From the NCBI GenBank assembly GCA_964187785.1, contig OZ076413.1, positions 25,792,001 to 25,856,000 of the forward strand: a stretch of 64,000 nt of DNA, read 5' to 3'. The stretch comes from Amphiscolops sp. MND2022 (taxonomy: Eukaryota). The translations under genes and the position numbers were made by a program. Positions 12,200 to 25,102 of this stretch are shown one piece after another. Below the pieces are notes generated by a model. It had not been told where the DNA came from. It worked only from the letters and a program-made list of their open reading frames with translations, and searched no databases. Position 1 is the first letter of the stretch. The number at the start of each line of letters is the position of its first letter.

Positions 12200-14929
12200 T
12201 AAGTAGTGCTCCTAACCAAAAACGCAGACCCGTCCTTCAGAAGGAGCACCGACATCACACGCAAGTTTCTCTAAGGCATTCCCGAAAAGAAACTGATGTT
12301 TGCTTCCAGAACAACAAGAGCCTTATCCATCTGGACTGCGCAACATACTCGGAATCCAAAATAAAAAAGCATGGAAATCTACCTTCTTGGGCACAGAAAC
12401 GACCTGTAGGAGACCATGAAAACGGCAAAAATTCGTTTTCAATGAATAAGTCCCGAAGAAGATGTTTCACGGGCTCCAGAAAGGATTCACCACTTCAAAA
12501 GAACTTAAACGATGTTACTGCTCGTAAATGTTTCAAAAATGGTCAAAGTTTTTTTAATACAGTCAAAATTGATTTTGCCAACCGCAACGAGATGGATAGA
12601 GCAACCAAAATTAGATTCCTTCTAAAGATCATTACTTTTGAGCAAATGAGTTCAATGATATACCAAGGCGTTTTTTGATTGAATATCAAAGGCCCAATGC
12701 TATTTTTTTCAAAATTTCGTGCATACTGTCAAAACATGCAATAGTGCTCTGAAATGTGGCAAATGTGTTGGAAGTCACAGCATTGGGGAAAGTAACACAG
12801 AAGAATTAAAATGAGCAAAATGCCTATCAAGACACGCAGCAAACGATCCCAACTGTGAAGCTTACCTAAACAATGCAGAGAAAGTCTAACACCAAATAAG
12901 CGCCCCCTTCCCAGACACTTACAGAAGAGACCTAATTTCTATACCACTATGGGTTAACAGGAACTCTTTTACCGTAATGCAGTTAAATCCAATCGAACTT
13001 TCAAATTCCAAACAACTACTTCTCGACAAGTAACTCCAAGATCAGAAACCTGATTTTTTCGTTGAACGAAACCACGAAACAAGTACGCGATCACTTTTTC
13101 ACGAACTACAATACTTTCTCAAGATACAAAAGACAAAATCAACGTGGTTCATTGCTCTCGTTGCCGAAAGACACGAGTTACTGTGAATCATCAGAAACAA
13201 AAATAATGAAACGTTAGAACCCATTTGGTGTGCAGTACAAACCCTCAAACTATCTCTGTTGCTACAGCCTATACACCCCAAGGGAAGCCAAATATATGAA
13301 AGAATTTATCATTACTTTGAGAAACGTAATTGATTTTGCAAAAGAAAATGACTTGAAAGAAGTTGTTTTGTAGGAAATATCAAAACAAGATGCACTTTAT
13401 GGGGAGATTCATTAACAAACGAGTGTGGTGGTACTGTGGTCCTCGATATCGAGACCATGCAGGTGAACAAACTAAACAAGGAATAAAATACTTCTTACGC
13501 TGTCAGTGGCAGCTGAGTTATTGATCTATGTATGACTACCGACCAACTCGCAAATTAGAAGCCAACACTTTATACTGGCACTTCCGCGCAGTTACTAACA
13601 TGATGCCTAGCTGTGGGCACGTTCCAGTATCAGCAAAAAGTGATCTGCCGAGCTAATCCGCAACCAAAAAAGTTACAAAGTTCAAACTTGATGACGTTGA
13701 TTGGAAGAAATGGCAAGACAGCCTAGAAGGCAGACTTCGTGATGTTTTTCGGACAAAACAATCTAAAAAGAACACAGTGCAGCCTGGAATAAACCAGGAG
13801 GCCCTCATCAAGGCTCGAGACAGATTTCAAAGAAAAACTAAGCACAGCATCAAAGTGGACACTCGGTAAATTGCAAGAAGACAACCAAGCTGAACACGGA
13901 AATGAGTTTTGAAAAAATGTAACAAAGGTATCTTCCACAAAATAAATCAAGTACGACTCCCACCCAAGTCTACATCCGTACTTTGTGTGAGAGTGATCAA
14001 AAAGCACGAACACTTCTTGACAACTTCTGCAACTTATCAAGCATCTGAAGAAAAATCAACAAAGGTTCCGAAAAAACTTGAGAATGGGTTTCTGTAAAAC
14101 CCTGAGGAAATAGAGCCAAACAATATGAGTTACAGTGGAAATACCAACATGATAGGAATGAACCATTTCATCGAGACAGTCAGTAAACGAAGTCTTCATC
14201 AGAGGATGACTACAGTCACACGAAGATTATTGTGATATCAAGCACAAAGCTGAAATTTTGCCTGAATAAACTCTTCAATAGTTGTTAGAGCTCAGCAAGT
14301 GGGCCATGGAACGGAACCCGATTTTTTTCAAAAGCATATTCTAGAGAGAGCTATACTGTCTAAGAGCCAATTTTTTTCTACAGCAAACTGAAAAATTGGC
14401 TAAAGCCTTGCAAGTTTGAAAACATTCGGACTGACATAGTACATGAACTGTTTATACAATACAAGAACACAACGAGATTTATTTAAAGTTCGAGTTATAC
14501 ACTGATCCCCGTTTTAGAAAAATCACAACACAGAAACAAGTCATGAGGACCGCCGAATTGCTCATGGGCATTGATCCAACTCTGAATGACTTCCCTTACA
14601 ATAGAAGCTAGACAGCTTGCCCGTTGTGCTTTTGTCACAAAACAGAAAGCTGGCACCCACTTTCTAATCTACTGCCAGAAATCGGAAAAAACAAAGCTGT
14701 CCACCTGAATCTTTACATTGTATGACAAAAATGAATGTTTAGAACAAATAAAAAGTAGTGGAAGCTATTGAAAACAAACCAATTTCTGTACAATATGTGA
14801 AATACATTTTTTGATAAGAGGAATGTAGTGGGTTTTCTTCCCAGAAGGGGTTTCCCCTTCAGAGATCGGTCAGAATTTGTTCATAATTCATGAAGTAAAT
14901 GTACCGATAAAGTTTATGCAGTTGTTTAT

Positions 14930-17330
14930 TGTTCAGTCACAATGTGCACGCAGTGTACAGGTTTTATGTTCTTGGTAGCTTCGACTAAATATGTCCCAGA
15001 GCCATTTCAGTAAGCGGTGCTTCAAGCCAGCAAAAAATCTGATGTTGACAGTCGATGGAAATAAGTTTGCTAATCTAGCAGTTCGAAACCAGAATTTCTC
15101 TGCACGATTCTTTTTCTAGGTTCTTTCGCACTGAAACGTATTTGAAGGTGAAAACCGGGTTGAGTAGTGTTGGAAGATTGTCGAAAAAAGTTCAGTTAAG
15201 TCGGCATCATAAAAAGTGTTCAGGGTTTTGGAGAAGGTAATCAAATCTCCTAATTGAAAGTAGTATGGCAAAGGGAGAACGTTGATTGTTATCAGTGCTT
15301 GTCGATAACCCAGGTCAGGACAGACCCAGCGAAAATTATTTTCTGCACTGCGCTTCGAGCATTTTCGTGCATTCCACATTTACATCTACACAAGGAGATG
15401 CGTAAGTTAAAATTGGAAGGACCATAATTTTGTAAAGGTTTAATTTGGTGTAGGCCGGAACGTTAAGGGAATTGCGTTTAAGCATAAATAAGAATTTTTT
15501 TGCATTGCTTACTGCCTCTTCGGTTTCCACGATAGATTGCTGCTAATAAGGAGCCAAGCTCTTTTTGTGAATCAATTTTCTCTAAAACATTTTCATTAAA
15601 GCATAAATGGGGAGGTGTTGTTCTTCCGAAGAACATATAGTAACATTTATCTGTAAAATGAGATACGGTTATAAGCAGTCCACGGAACGCAATATTCAAG
15701 TCACTTTGGAAGAGACCAATGTCAACAGCAAAATTCAGACATTTTGCATCACCTGCATTTGATAATGGTTTCCAGAATATGCATACTTTCGGCAGATCAT
15801 TGAAGAAAACCAAGTATTACAGCGCAGCTGAAATGGCTCCTTGAGTTGCACCACTACTTGCAAGAAAGCAATGCGAGAGCGTTTCATTAGTTTTTACTCT
15901 CTGAGGTCGATTTTGGAAGTATGATTCAGTAAGGATCAGGAGCTTGCCTCGAAGTCCAAAGAAATGAAGCTTCCCTTGTAAAATTTCTTGATCCACTCTG
16001 TCGAACGCTTTTTCAAAATCTGTATAGATGACGTCAACTGGTTTGTTCTGTTCGATAGCTTTGTATTAAAGATCTAGATGTGAAGAAGTTGTATGATACA
16101 AGAGCGATGTTTTCTAAGACCGTATTGGCCATCATCGAAGAAAGGATAGAGGTGATTATAAAGTGCTGAAAAGAGACATTATTCAAAGACTTTGAAAGCC
16201 AAATCAAGGAGCGATACTGGTCTGTAGTTGGAGATATCTTGTTTACTGCCTTTCTTCGGAATAGGGACAACTATGGGTTTCTTCCAGCTCTGTGGAAATG
16301 TCGAAGTTTGAAAAACTTTCTTGAATATTTGGCAGAAAGAATGTGACAATGAATGAGCACATTACATTACTTGAGGAATTTTGCCGGAATGTCAATGGGT
16401 CCTCTTTATTTGCTAACATCGATTGCTTTAAACAGTTCTAGGACAACACTTTCGTTGATGAAGAGTTCTTCAAGAATATGAACTTCACAATCGGTTCCAA
16501 GGATAACCTATACGAAACTGTTTGCTTCAAAAAAGACACATGAAAAATTGTTAACAAACAAGTTAGTTTTATCAGTTTCGGATTCAACTTTTGTATTACC
16601 AAGATACATTATTGCAGAGAAAGGTATCTTTTTGAAAGACTTGTAATATGTGAAGTTATGTGATTCGTTTCTCTGCAATTCGAGATTCATATTCAGATTT
16701 GTTGCTGTGGAGGGCGACACAAAGCTCATTGTTTCCCTAAAAAATTTGACATGCCATTTGCAAAGGTTTTCTGAGATTGGTCTCAATCTCTGCAGCAGGT
16801 TAGGTGTTTCAGGAGAAATCCACGGAGGCAGGGTGTCTCGGTGTTTGGTCCTTCTAAATGTGCAAGCTCTAATCTTTGGCCAAAGTCATTTATACCAGAT
16901 GCTCACCACGACTGAGACATTTGACCAGAAATTGAAGTAGAAAACATCTGTTCTGTTAAATTGTTCAGCATAAGGTAGTCAATTTTACAATACCTCATGT
17001 AGGTATCAGTCGTTTACTGGCGTAGTTTGAATTCGTGTTCGATGGCAAGTGTGCATGATATAGGTAAATGCATGAAAGTTGGAAGATAATGGGCATATAA
17101 TATCACGGAGACATGAAAAAAGTTTTGAATGAATTTTTGTAAGTTCGTTTCAAGTCTCAAGCTTTCCTCGAAAGCTTTTGAGTTGCTGTGTCCTCCAACT
17201 ATTCGTCATTTCCGGAACCTTTAATGAAGCAAATTTGCCACGCGCGAATTTGTTAAAGGCAATGTGTACGTTTACCTTTGATCACGGCGGCTATTCTTGA
17301 GTATAGTGGGTTGCTATTTATTCTGTTGGG
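14930..17330 (-). mobile_element. Decayed LINE 'D' (CR1/L2-like; partial APE and RT)
   Basis: RPI(S)L(F) at about 16270, VFFNDLP...AGDAK in ORF 15478..15813, LGSLL and NLYKIMVLPILTYASP in ORF 15336..15530. Confidence 0.75.
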
Positions 17331-17339
17331 TTTCGCTCT

Positions 17340-20040
17340 GTCGGTTTACTGGGACAGTGGTTGAAATTTGAAACAAATCGTTTCATTTGTTTTCCTCCCA
17401 ATGTTTCCTCTTGTGAATCACCGATTTGCTTTTGTCAGCATAGTTGTAAAAGAACATAAAAACTCGCACTGAGCAACGACAATTAGAACAATTACAAAGA
17501 ATAAACCAGGAGCATGTGTTTTCAACAAAAAATTTTTTGACAGAGGCAAAAAGTAATAAATTTATGTTTGTTCTAAACAGACTTTCCCAGTCGATGAGTT
17601 TTGTTTTTGATTGGTTGAGAAAAACATTCAATAATCTTGCTGTCTTTTCGGTGAATGTACTGTTGAGATTCCATTTCTTGAACTTGTATGTAGGCATCAC
17701 GTGGATGCACCGTCTTTCAGCTGAAACAGAGAAATGGTCAAACAACTGTACATCGTAGGGACCAATATATAGTTTGTAGAACAACATTGCGTATCTGCGC
17801 ACATTTTCGAATGATATTGGTAGGGTATTGCAAATCTGGAGCTGTTGATGGTAGTCATGAACACTTGTCACCCAACTGAGACGCATGCGATGCATTCTGA
17901 ACAATTTCTTCAGTGAAGTTATTGAAGGTGACCAAAAGTGAGCACAATATAATAATAATTAAATAACGCAGGATTTGATTGAAGATTCCCTAACATTCAT
18001 GTTGACTGAGAAGGAAACTGCGCCTTTCATGAAGTGGAAATTTCGGTAACATGCGTCCAATTTCTTCTTCAAGTGTTTGTCCCAGGTCAAGTTTGTGGAA
18101 ATATATAGACCAAGACCTTTAATTAGTGAAGGTTCTTCAATTTTGATACCGAAGACAGTTGTGCTGTTTGAGAACAGAGTCTGATCAAAGTACTGACACT
18201 TCGGAAGCTTGATACTCAGCTTGTTTGTATCCAGTCGATAAAGTAGTCACGGTCAGCATTAAAAATATTCGGAGCAGTACCCAGTATTTTGGAGTCATAA
18301 GCAAAGAGGTAGACTTGAGACAAAATATGCTCTGCTAAATCGTTAATACATCTCAGGATCAGCAGAGGGCCCAAAATGCTAACCTGGGGAACACACTGCT
18401 AATGAGTTTTGCAAACGAGACGCTTTTTTTGACTTTCACTCTTTGTACGCAATTTTGTAAATTTGATGAGAACAGTTTCAGAAAACCATCGTCTGGACCA
18501 AAAGTGGAAAGCTATTGCAGAAGGTCGAATGCTTTGGAATAATCAAAGTGGATAGAACCACAGCAGATAATCCGGTCAGCATTTCTGTATAATGATTCCA
18601 AATACGTGAACAACTGAGTACTAGTCGAGCGCCGTTTTCAAACACCCTGTTGACCTTTGTTTTGGAGGAATGATATTTTCGGGTACAAGAAAATGAGCAG
18701 TATTTTTTCCGGAATGCGAGATGAAGAAGGCAGGATACTGATTGGGCGATAGTTTGCAACCTCTTTGGGTTTTCCACTTTAACGAATGGGTACAATTCAA
18801 TTCATCGGGCCATTTACAGTTTTTTACTACGACGTTATAAAATTGATATACTAATGGTGCAATATCTTCAACACAGTCGTGGTAAATGAATGGTGGAATA
18901 GCGTCAGCACTCAATGAGAATTTGCATTTACCATGAAGTTCAGAAACTGTTGAAGGAAGAATGACGACGTCTGCAAGGAACAATGACTCTTTAACTTTAG
19001 GTACCACGATGGACTAAGATGCAGAATTAAATATGAACACGATGTATTTGTTGAACAAGTTCGCGATGCCATTATCCGAGTGAGAAAATTCTTCTTTGTA
19101 GGAGTTAGTTGAGCGAATGTCTGCATTCCTCTTGAATCTTTGAAGATCTTTAAAACTTAGTTGATGTTAGTTTGCATATTGTTGAACATCAATGTTCCGT
19201 CCAGAATTACACTGACGTTGAGATCACTTTCCATTTTCGCCAAGAAATAAGGCGACATGTTCGGTTTGGGTTTTACCGTTCTGATTTCATTAAAAATTTG
19301 AATTGAGTGAGATGAATAATAATATGGAAGATCCATGAGTCGTTTAGACTTCTTTGAGCAACAGAGGGGAAGGCAAGATAGAAAGTGGTGTGTGAAATGG
19401 TTAAGGAAACCGGCCTGTTGGTTGCTGTACATTCTGTTGTAAAGAGTGTCTAGTGAGGCATTGCATAATTCCTTGTTAAGGCTGCAATGTGATAGTGGTC
19501 GAGGAGGGTGATTGTCAATTTGTGGGTCATGAAGGTTAACGAACTCGCAAAAAATTGCATGTTGATCTGAGTACAACGAAGACGTGGGATAAGTGTTCAA
19601 GGTTGTTGAGTTATTGACAATCAGTTCTAAAGGGTTTCCTGACATGTGTCGGAAATTGGACCATCTGCATTATATCGCTTTGTTCATAAAACAAGATTGA
19701 ATGTTCCTAGTTGGAGATATTGACGAAGGGAGTAGGTAGGTTGAATTCTTCTAGTACAAATATGACTTTTAGGAGGGAATTTTTTACTAATGGCAACTAA
19801 TATACCACCAAATTTGCCAGATTCCTCATCATTTCTATTAAATAGTCTATAATTCGAATGTGGAAAAAACTCACCGTCTTCGATATCGTTGTAAATCCAG
19901 ATTTCGATTACAAATGATAAGACAGGTTGAGTTTGATAAATGTAGAGGTCCAGCTTATGACATTGTTGTGCAGATATTAGACTTTGAATATTTGAATATC
20001 TATATTTCTTCATTGAAAGTTGAGTTGAATTTTTTTCCAC
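17340..20040 (-). mobile_element. Decayed LINE 'C' ORF2 (APE + RT), 5'-truncated
   Basis: APE motifs FVIEIW...NYRLFNR...GGILVAI (19684..20040) and YPT...SDQHAI (19157..19645); RT-proximal ADAIPPFIYHDC...CKWPD; C-terminal RRYAMLFYKL (17383..17904). Confidence 0.8.
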
Positions 20041-22187
20041 ATTAAGTTAGGGAATTTGTTCTTGATGGGTGATGAATCTGTAATGTTGATAATCTTCGCT
20101 AGTGAATTAGTCCTTGAGGGTGCTCGAGGCCAAAAGTTTAGTCGCATTTTTTCGCTGGTTTCTTTTGGAAGAACAAATTTATTTCTTCTTTTGCTTTGCT
20201 TTAAATGGTTAAAATCTTTGCATATTTACATCATATTGACCATCAATTATGTTTGATAACATCATCAATTTCTTGAGCTCGATAAAATAAGATATGGGTA
20301 AAATTCTCAGGGTTGACAATCTCTGTTTGTAGTCGTCTCCTTATATGATCCATCTGGTCACTCTAGAAATAAACTTTTTCAATATCCTCAATTCTGATTG
20401 TTTCGGACACCAAAAGTCTGAACCGAACAGTAGGGAAGGAATGACCATGGATTTGTATACTGGCAGCTTCGACTGAGTTGATGTATTTGATGCAGAATTT
20501 CTTCTTTCCATTCGATAGACTTTATGAGCTTTAGATAGTCTTGTCTCCAGGTGGTTGTTCCATTTCAAGCTATTTATAACGGGCCCTAAGTCCGCACATA
20601 CATCCGTACAGTTCTGGCTCAAATTCTAAAGATCCTTTGAGAATGAGATATTGGCACTTTTAGGCATTGAAAAAAAACATATTGCGCTCACTCTAAGTTT
20701 GAAGTTGGCATAATTCAGACTTTAAACTATTCGCTGGGTTGTTGGGTCCTGTGTACAAGAAAAAAAGGTATTCGGCAAACAGGTATCAAGAGAAATATAC
20801 AATATTATTCGGTAAGTCGTCGATAAATAACACAAAAAAGAATAAACCAAGAAAAGAACCCCGAGGAACCCTTTTTTTTCAAATTTACTGTATTCAGATA
20901 AAGCATCATCAATTTAGACCCCCATATAACGATTACAGAGATATGATTCAAGGAATTTATGAAGTTTGGAGTCGAGTTTTTTTATTTTTTTTGTTCAAAA
21001 GAAGGTCGTGTCTGCTTGTATCAAACGCCTTTTGGAAATCGAATGAGAAGAGTGTAACGCATTCAACATTCTGAATATTGGAAAATATCTCACTTAGTGT
21101 CATCATCAGTCTCAATAATAGTGATCTACAAGTTCTGAAACCATATTGTCGTTCCTGCATATGGGGGGTGGGTTCTAGATGTCCAATAATCGCTTCAATA
21201 CAATCTCAAAAGTTTTGCTACCAATGTTTGACAAATTTATTGGGCGATAATTTTCCACTGTTTGCTGCGAACCTTGCTTGAATACTGGAATCACTTTGAC
21301 TTCCTTCCATTTCAAAGGGAATAGAGTAGTTCGAACAATTTTAAAATAAACGTTGTAGAGCGAATGAATAAGTGTATCTGCCGTCCTAACATGCCATATA
21401 GGGGGATAGCATCATGGCCAACTAACTTCACTGCAATTTGATTTATCTCATCTCTGCAAATTTCCAAGTCGAAGGATCCCGATTCAGTGTATTTTGGCAT
21501 TGTTATTGCACTGGTTTCTCTATAAATAGTTGCAAAGTACTAAATTAGATCGTGCTTTAGAACTTCTTGCAGTCTCATCCCTCCATTCTAGGTGCGGCGA
21601 GATGACAGTGCGCTTTAGCTATCTGAAGTGTTCAAACATTAAGGAGCCATTTTTGGAGCAATTGCAATATCAATCTCTTTTTTTTTCTTGAGATTATAAC
21701 GGTTTCGCTTTGAAATACTGTTTGGTTGTTTCTGATACACTTTTTCGGCGGTGGAGAGTCTATTCATTAAATTCGAGGTACCAGGTGTAATCCATGGCAG
21801 GGAGATTTCTTCTGTGTTGCGTTCGCCCTGGGTGGTAGAATCCCGCTTTTCAGGAAGAAACCAAGCATACCATTCTTCAACTGTTTGGTCACAGTTGCTA
21901 TAACATTTGGCCATGAAAGGTTGTTCAATCAAAAGTGCATTCAACATGTCGTAATCACATCTGTTGGATGAATAACTGATAGGAGAAAGTGGGCTGGATT
22001 GGAAATCATGTCGAGTAGATAGCAAACTAACTGCGAAAGTTATGGCAAAATGAACTGATTTTCACAAGAATTCATAAATTCGCTATTGACTCGTGCAGCG
22101 TCTACACAGTCAGGGTCATTGACAAACACAAGATCCAGAGTGTTCCGCTTGGTGGTGAAGAAATCTATTACTTGTGTAAGGTTGAGT

Positions 22188-22544
22188 GGCTTGCTATATA
22201 GAGATCGAATTTCCGAGGTCGAATTGAATGAGGTCGAACGGAAAGAAGTCGACTACTTTAGTTGCATTACACAGCTCGAACGAACTGAGATCGAATTTGG
22301 TAGAACACGTCGGGTCGAAGTTTGTTATCCCATTTCTCGAATGGAAACAGCATTGCGCAACCCCGCATGTTTTTTGTAAAAGAATATAAAGTCAAGACTT
22401 CGATCCCAGACAGTCGCTATATTTCCGAAATTTTCACAATTCGACACGATTCAGTTGATCTTTTTCCGGAATTTTCACTGGTCGACCCGAGGACGTACCC
22501 TAGTTTTTGACGGCCTGATGGATTCGATCCGTATCCGCGCACCC
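22188..22544. mobile_element. Mutator-like MITE inserted in the APE domain of LINE B
   Basis: 9-bp TSD AGGTTGAGT at 22179-22187 and 22545-22553; imperfect TIRs; many TCGAA/TTCGA subrepeats; removing it restores APE ...DRLNLTQVIDFFTTKRNTLDLVF. Confidence 0.85.
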
Positions 22545-23729
22545 AGGTTGAGTCTATCCACTTCATCCAAGATCTCCTGTTCATACAGATCACTTGAAGT
22601 CATTGAAATCCAATATTTGTCTTTTTCATATTAAAATCACCCGTTATCATCTTGCAATCAGCTGTATGGTTATTAATGGCTTGAAAAAAGAGGGTCAACT
22701 CGTTTATAGGTAGACGGTACGTACTTTTATCAAGTGGTTTGTATAAAAAATCAATACAAATTGTTTTACTGTGCAGTTTTATTAACGCTGCAGCCGCACA
22801 TGAGACTTGTATTTCAGTGGGTAAAGTGTCTGGGGAATACTTGAGGTCTTTGTGGATTCCTATTAGAACTCCACCATGGGCAGTTGGGTTGGGTTTGCTT
22901 TCTTTTTCTGCTCGCATTAGGCTATATTGGGGTAAATGAATTTCGCCATCCATTATTACCTTTCTTAGCCATGTTTCTGTTAAAAGGCATATGTCTGGCA
23001 TGTATTGTAGATACAGGTGGAAACAATATGACGTCTATCGGCTAAGTATATACGTTGGCAATTGAATAATATAACTTCTAGCATGATATGTAGTCAATCA
23101 TTTCGTCCAGCTTGGATCTCATTTCCATCCTTTAACAGTTTTAGATTTCTTATCTTCAGCTGTTGTCGTTGAATTCCAGAATCGATAAGCTCTTTGCTTT
23201 TAAAGAGCAGAGTTCTTTCCACTTGTCTTTCCTCATATGTTAGTGAATCCGAAATGAATATTCGTTTTTCTGGAAAGTTTTTGTGCTCAAGTGTCTTTGC
23301 TAATATTTTCCTCACATCCCATGGGTTTTTGAGCGTCGCAATTAATGATCGTGGTCGCCATTTGAGAGGATCAAATTTTCCATACGTTGAATTCCGATAA
23401 CAGTTGGATTTTCACTGAGGAATTCCATGATACCGTTCACTTTTCTTTCTTCGCAGTTCAAAGTTTGTTCTTGCTCTTTCTTGGCCTCGAGTATACGTTT
23501 ATTTGTAAACAAGTATCTTCTTCCTGGAAAAACGCTTTATGAATGATTATTCCTGCGCTTGAAAATTGATGTTTGACAAGTTCCTCGTTACACTCTGACA
23601 TGTTTTTGATAATTGCTCAATCTTGTCATGAAGAGGTTTTATAGATGCTTCATTAGTCGAATCAACACATTCCTTAATGGAATCAATAAAAAGTTAGGTC
23701 CCACATGGTTGTTGTAGATCATACTCGAC

Positions 23730-24555
23730 CATGAATTTAATTGCAATATGCGTTATATCGCATGCGAGAGGGATATATTGCACGTTTTTTACAATAACGA
23801 TGTGTAAAATTTTGCTATCGCAATCTAAGCAATGCGATATATTTATATTTTATGCAAAAACTGATATATCGCATCATGTTTCTGCGATACTTCGCAAAAA
23901 GCGATGAAAATGCGTTAAATCGGGATATAGTAAACCGGCGTTACGAAGACCAGCGTATCGAGTAAAATACAGCGAGACAATTGAGAACTTTTTTTGAGAA
24001 ATTTCGGCATCAACATGAATAAGAATAAGTCTGTAAAATCATGCCTTTGTTGTGTTTTTTTTCAGACATATGAATGATTTCGAGAATATAAATTATGATG
24101 ACTTTAGCAATATCACTGATGAAGGGAACACAACTGACGATAGTGTGTTAGTCACAGGTTCAAATATAATGTCGCCAATTTGCATATGTTATCTGTCCAT
24201 GTGCGTATTGTATTGTATTGTAACGTAACATGCTTCATTGTCGCATTTGCAGTCTTAAGTTTATTGTTGTTGTCAAGGTTGTCTTATCAGTTGTTTAGTT
24301 ATTCAGGCAAGCTCAGCGGTATCCAATCGAAACTTTGATATATTAAAGTCCTTTTTTCAAAAAGTACGAAGCGAGCTTGAACTTTTGATATTTTAGAGGT
24401 TTTGCGTCTAAAGAGCGATAAATCATTGCAATGTTTTCAGAAAAAGGGATAGCGATAACGTTAACTTTTACTGAACTTCGCTTTGGCTGCGATGCGATGT
24501 TTTTTAGAACACTGCGATAGCGATGTTTGAAAAAAGCAATGTATCTAAATCCTTG
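23730..24555. mobile_element. hAT-like non-autonomous DNA transposon in ORF1 of LINE B
   Basis: 8-bp TSD TACTCGAC at 23722-23729 and 24556-24563; degenerate TIRs CATGAATTTA.../CAAGGATTTA...; clusters of GCGATA subterminal repeats. Confidence 0.8.
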
Positions 24556-25076
24556 TACTCGACCAGTTGTAAACAGGAATCGCAGAACCATAGGCATCCT
24601 TTGATTCTTCCGAGATGGGGGTACACTACTTTCGTCACGTCACTACAGGCCAGATGGAACCAGTTCATGAACTTTGAGCACTGTACTGCATGAGAGTTGT
24701 CGGACACACTGGTTGTACATTTTCCACAATGTGGGTTTTGCTTGGCAAGCGTCCCCGTCCACGTGTAGCATGTATTTTATCTCAAATCTATTAAGTATTT
24801 ATTTATGGTCGGGGAAGCGGAGAGTCATCATTGTTCTTGCCAATGCGAAAAAGATCCTCGATTTTGACTTTCACATTTAAACGAGTTTATTTCACATTGA
24901 CAAATGAGTTTATTTGACTAATCTCGTGTCCTTTATTAGATGTACATTCTCTTTTCCTTCAGAAATGCCTGTAACCATTATATCGTAGTCACAGTTATTT
25001 TCTTTGTCGGTAGAACTTCTCATTGGCGTAGCTCCAGGTTGAGAACGGTTACTCTCAGGGGATATCGTTGGCTTCG

Positions 25077-25102
25077 ATTGTTGTGATAAACTTATTAAAT
25101 AG
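25077..25102 (+). other. Spliced-leader-like motif directly fused to the ORF1 ATG of LINE G1
   Basis: ATTGTTGTGATAAACTTATTAAATAG immediately followed by ATG at 25103. Confidence 0.75.

Larger units (their letters stand above)
10829..14800 (+). mobile_element. Old decayed LINE 'E' (family A type)
   Basis: ORF 10965..11177 MVYLEDASS...ICWSDVISNN is homologous to ORF0 at 38236; ORF1 remnant 12109..12678 (FNTVKIDF), knuckle remnants about 12700-12870, APE remnants about 12950-13650, internally deleted RT. 3' end approximate. Confidence 0.75.
20050..24790 (-). mobile_element. Decayed near-full-length LINE 'B' (CR1/L2 group): PHD ORF1, APE, RT; interrupted by two DNA transposons
   Basis: PHD CGKC...VQCSKFMNWFHLAC...WFCDSC (24504..24730); ORF1 C-terminus RIFISDSLTYEER; APE LLTETWL, HGGVLI, GDFN; RT QYGFR, FDFQKAFD, KLPVYKSMVIPSLLFGS. 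Confidence 0.85.

Noticed and set aside
24775-24810. Leader-like motif at the 5' end of LINE B (…AAATACTTAATAG on minus)
   Set aside because: Lacks the TGTTGTGATAAAC core; not distinguishable from AT-rich background.
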